The position numbers and the translations under genes are program-made. A DNA stretch of 63,961 nt, counting the filler, from Aduncisulcus paluster (taxonomy: Eukaryota): the NCBI GenBank assembly GCA_024181965.1. It is 15 parts of 15 records of this genome, joined end to end, with 100 filler letters (N's around TTAATTAATTAA, not from the genome) between each part and the next. Parts side by side here need not be neighbours in the genome. Positions count along the whole stretch, not along the records: positions 60,082 to 62,244 come from BQXS01011844.1; positions 62,345 to 63,961 come from BQXS01011856.1; 13 more parts are not named here. One strand, given 5' to 3'. Positions within the stretch are counted from its first letter, which is position 1. The number at the start of each line of letters is the position of its first letter. Of the stretch, positions 61,915 through 63,961 are shown one piece after another. The notes beneath the pieces are model-generated. The model saw only the letters and a list, made by a program, of their open reading frames with translations, made no database searches and had not been told where the DNA came from.

Positions 61915-62244
61915 ATGTCAAAACCCGAAGCTACTAAAACTGAATTGGATGTTGCTGGTTTCATCGCAGCTAACTACAAACCATACGAAGGAGATGCGTC
62001 TTTCCTTGCCAAAGCTACCAAGAGAACATCTGATCTCTGGGAGAAAGTCCTTGCTCTCATGGCCGAAGAATTAAAGAAAGGAGTTCTTGATGTCGATGTG
62101 GATGTGCCTTCCACCATCACTTCTCATGGTGCTGGTTTCATTGATAAAGATGCTGAATTGATTGTTGGTCTCCAAACCGACGCTCCTCTCAAACGTGCCA
62201 TCAAGCCCGCCGGAGGATACCTTATTGTTGACAAGGCCTGCCAA
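61915..62244 (+). CDS. PFL: Pyruvate formate-lyase (formate acetyltransferase), N-terminal part
   Basis: DVAGFIAANYKPYEGDASFLAKATKRTSDLW..PSTITSHGAGFIDKDAELIVGLQTDAPLKRAIKPAGG is the canonical PflB N-terminus. Confidence 0.95.
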
Positions 62245-62346
62245 NNNNNNNNNNNNNNNNNNNNNNNNNNNNNNNNNNNNNNNNNNNNTTAATTAATTAA
62301 NNNNNNNNNNNNNNNNNNNNNNNNNNNNNNNNNNNNNNNNNNNNCC

Positions 62347-62970
62347 GAGAAACTCAAGGCCATGCCCCCTGTCACCCAGTTGTACCTCTCTGTTGACGCT
62401 GCTGACCCGGACACATTAGCCGAAATCGACCGTCCCTATGTCGGCAAAACTGACGCCTGGCGCCGATTGAACGAGAGTCTGTCCATTTTATCCACCCGTC
62501 AAGAGAGGACAGCCATCCGAATCACTGTCATTAAGAAGCTGAATTGCCGTCGTGAAGACATTCCTGGGTATGTCAAACTCATTCGTTTGGGCCATCCATG
62601 CTTCATTGAGCTGAAAGCCTTCTCGTTTGTCGGTGGAACAAGACATCGCCATGGCTTCTTCTCTCTTGCCAACGTTCCCTGGCCAGACCAGTGTGTTGAG
62701 TATGCAAGGTGGCTTGAGGCTGCCCTTGAAGGTGATTACAGTGTTGTCAGTGTCCACCACGAGAGCAAGGCTGTGCTTATGGTGCGCAGAGATCTGTTTG
62801 TTGGTGGGAAATGGGTGTCTTGGATCGATTTTGACAAGTTCTTCTCCCTTTATGGTTCTCCTGACTTCGACGCCCTGTCTTATAGCATTCCAATCCCTGA
62901 TGATCGCTTAATCACTCCTGATGAAGAAGCCCCGCCAAGGTCAAAGATTCAAGAAGATGATGAATTGTGA
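62347..62970 (+). CDS. TYW1: tRNA 4-demethylwyosine synthase (radical SAM), C-terminal part
   Basis: PVTQLYLSVDAA..IDRP..W.R..SL..RTAIRITVIK..GYVKLIRLGHPCFIELK..NVPW..HHES. Confidence 0.9.
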   Translation, partial: EKLKAMPPVTQLYLSVDAADPDTLAEIDRPYVGKTDAWRRLNESLSILSTRQERTAIRITVIKKLNCRREDIPGYVKLIRLGHPCFIELKAFSFVGGTRHRHGFFSLANVPWPDQCVEYARWLEAALEGDYSVVSVHHESKAVLMVRRDLFVGGKWVSWIDFDKFFSLYGSPDFDALSYSIPIPDDRLITPDEEAPPRSKIQEDDEL

Positions 62971-63560
62971 TGAAATGTGGATGTGAGTTGTCTGCCAGAC
63001 TTTTTGATCTACATGATTAACACACGATGGATCATGATTTTCGAATGTACTACATTTTATTTGATTTATTTATTTATTTGAATTGTCAATTCGCATTTTT
63101 ATTATCGATTGTTTATCTGTATGACAGTGAAGAATACAACTACAATTTCAATTTGGGGATTATTAAGACCTGATCACTATATGTTCTATTTTTAGATTCA
63201 GTGTGGGAATTGTTTGACTCGATGTCTTTGAGGGATTTGTAGATATCTGCGAGGTTCTTGATCCAATCACTTTGAAGATGGGAATCTAATCCATCGAAGT
63301 GATTGTGATTTTGTGATTAATTTATGATTAATTAGTTCCATGTTTTTACTTCATGAATGTATGTTTTTATAACAACAACAATAATAATACAGAATAGAGA
63401 ACAATTCTAAACAACGCCCCAAAGTTCAATAATAATGTCTCATCGTGAAGGAGAGTATGCAACTTCAAGCTTGAAATGAACTCTTCTCTCAATTGTTCCA
63501 TTAACTTGATGGCATTAAGAATAAAGAATAAAATCTTACATCAGAATCTTTCCACATCAC

Positions 63561-63961
63561 TCACTGACTCTGATCCCAACCTTCCTCATGCTCAACACCA
63601 GCAACACCACATCTCATTCCTTCAATGGTTCCAACAGAGCCACCATACTTCTTGCGTTGCTCACGGATAATGGCTTCAATGCTTGGACACTCATAGTCTT
63701 CGCCAATCGTGGGAAGGAAAGGTTTGATGCATTGGACTTTCACACGAGCTTCATGCACACTCATGCGTTTGTGTTTGTTGAATTGGGTCAGACCAATGTA
63801 TATCTCATTCAGACAGTTGTGAACGGGTTCATACTTTCCATCTTCAATCGTTAGAAGGGAGTGGAAAAGATCGGAATCAACGATTGTTGGACATGAGTTT
63901 CCTCTTAAAAGAATCATAAGTTCATTGATGAACTCTGCAGGACTTCCAGCTACTTTCAAGG
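63561..63961 (-). CDS. C-terminal end of a probable divergent protein kinase (5' part outside the window)
   Basis: CLNEIYIGLTQFNKHKRMSVHEA resembles kinase subdomain XI. The catalytic motifs are not visible. Confidence 0.5.
   Translation of the reverse strand, partial: LKVAGSPAEFINELMILLRGNSCPTIVDSDLFHSLLTIEDGKYEPVHNCLNEIYIGLTQFNKHKRMSVHEARVKVQCIKPFLPTIGEDYECPSIEAIIREQRKKYGGSVGTIEGMRCGVAGVEHEEGWDQSQ

Overview
This is eukaryotic DNA, not one chromosomal locus. About 15 unrelated contigs are joined by artificial 100-nt N/TTAATTAATTAA/N linkers, and there are four 20-N scaffold gaps whose flanks are duplicated. The genome is gene-dense and intron-poor (short GTATGT..AG introns), uses the standard code, and looks like an anaerobic flagellated protist. 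The expanded gene families resemble what I recall from the fornicate Aduncisulcus, but that is inference. Recognisable genes are a DYRK1-type kinase, eIF3a (with an intron), an ADA2 fragment, an S1/RRP5-like protein, an LRR+EGF surface protein with an in-frame TAG, a DHA2-type MFS transporter, a CCP6/AGBL4 pseudogene, pyruvate formate-lyase, TYW1 and a DUF4241-like protein. The ORF track misses an open minus-strand frame of about 2,300 codons at 1-6891. Mobile DNA includes a CRE-like restriction-endonuclease ORF without RT, a 5'-truncated non-LTR RT, and a 148-bp (CA)n-tailed insertion with a 16-bp target-site duplication. The most interesting signal is a 1.2-1.45 kb non-coding element present on two contigs. 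It has a near-invariant hairpin/U-tract/poly(A)/palindrome core, and each copy is followed closely by a damaged host-gene copy.
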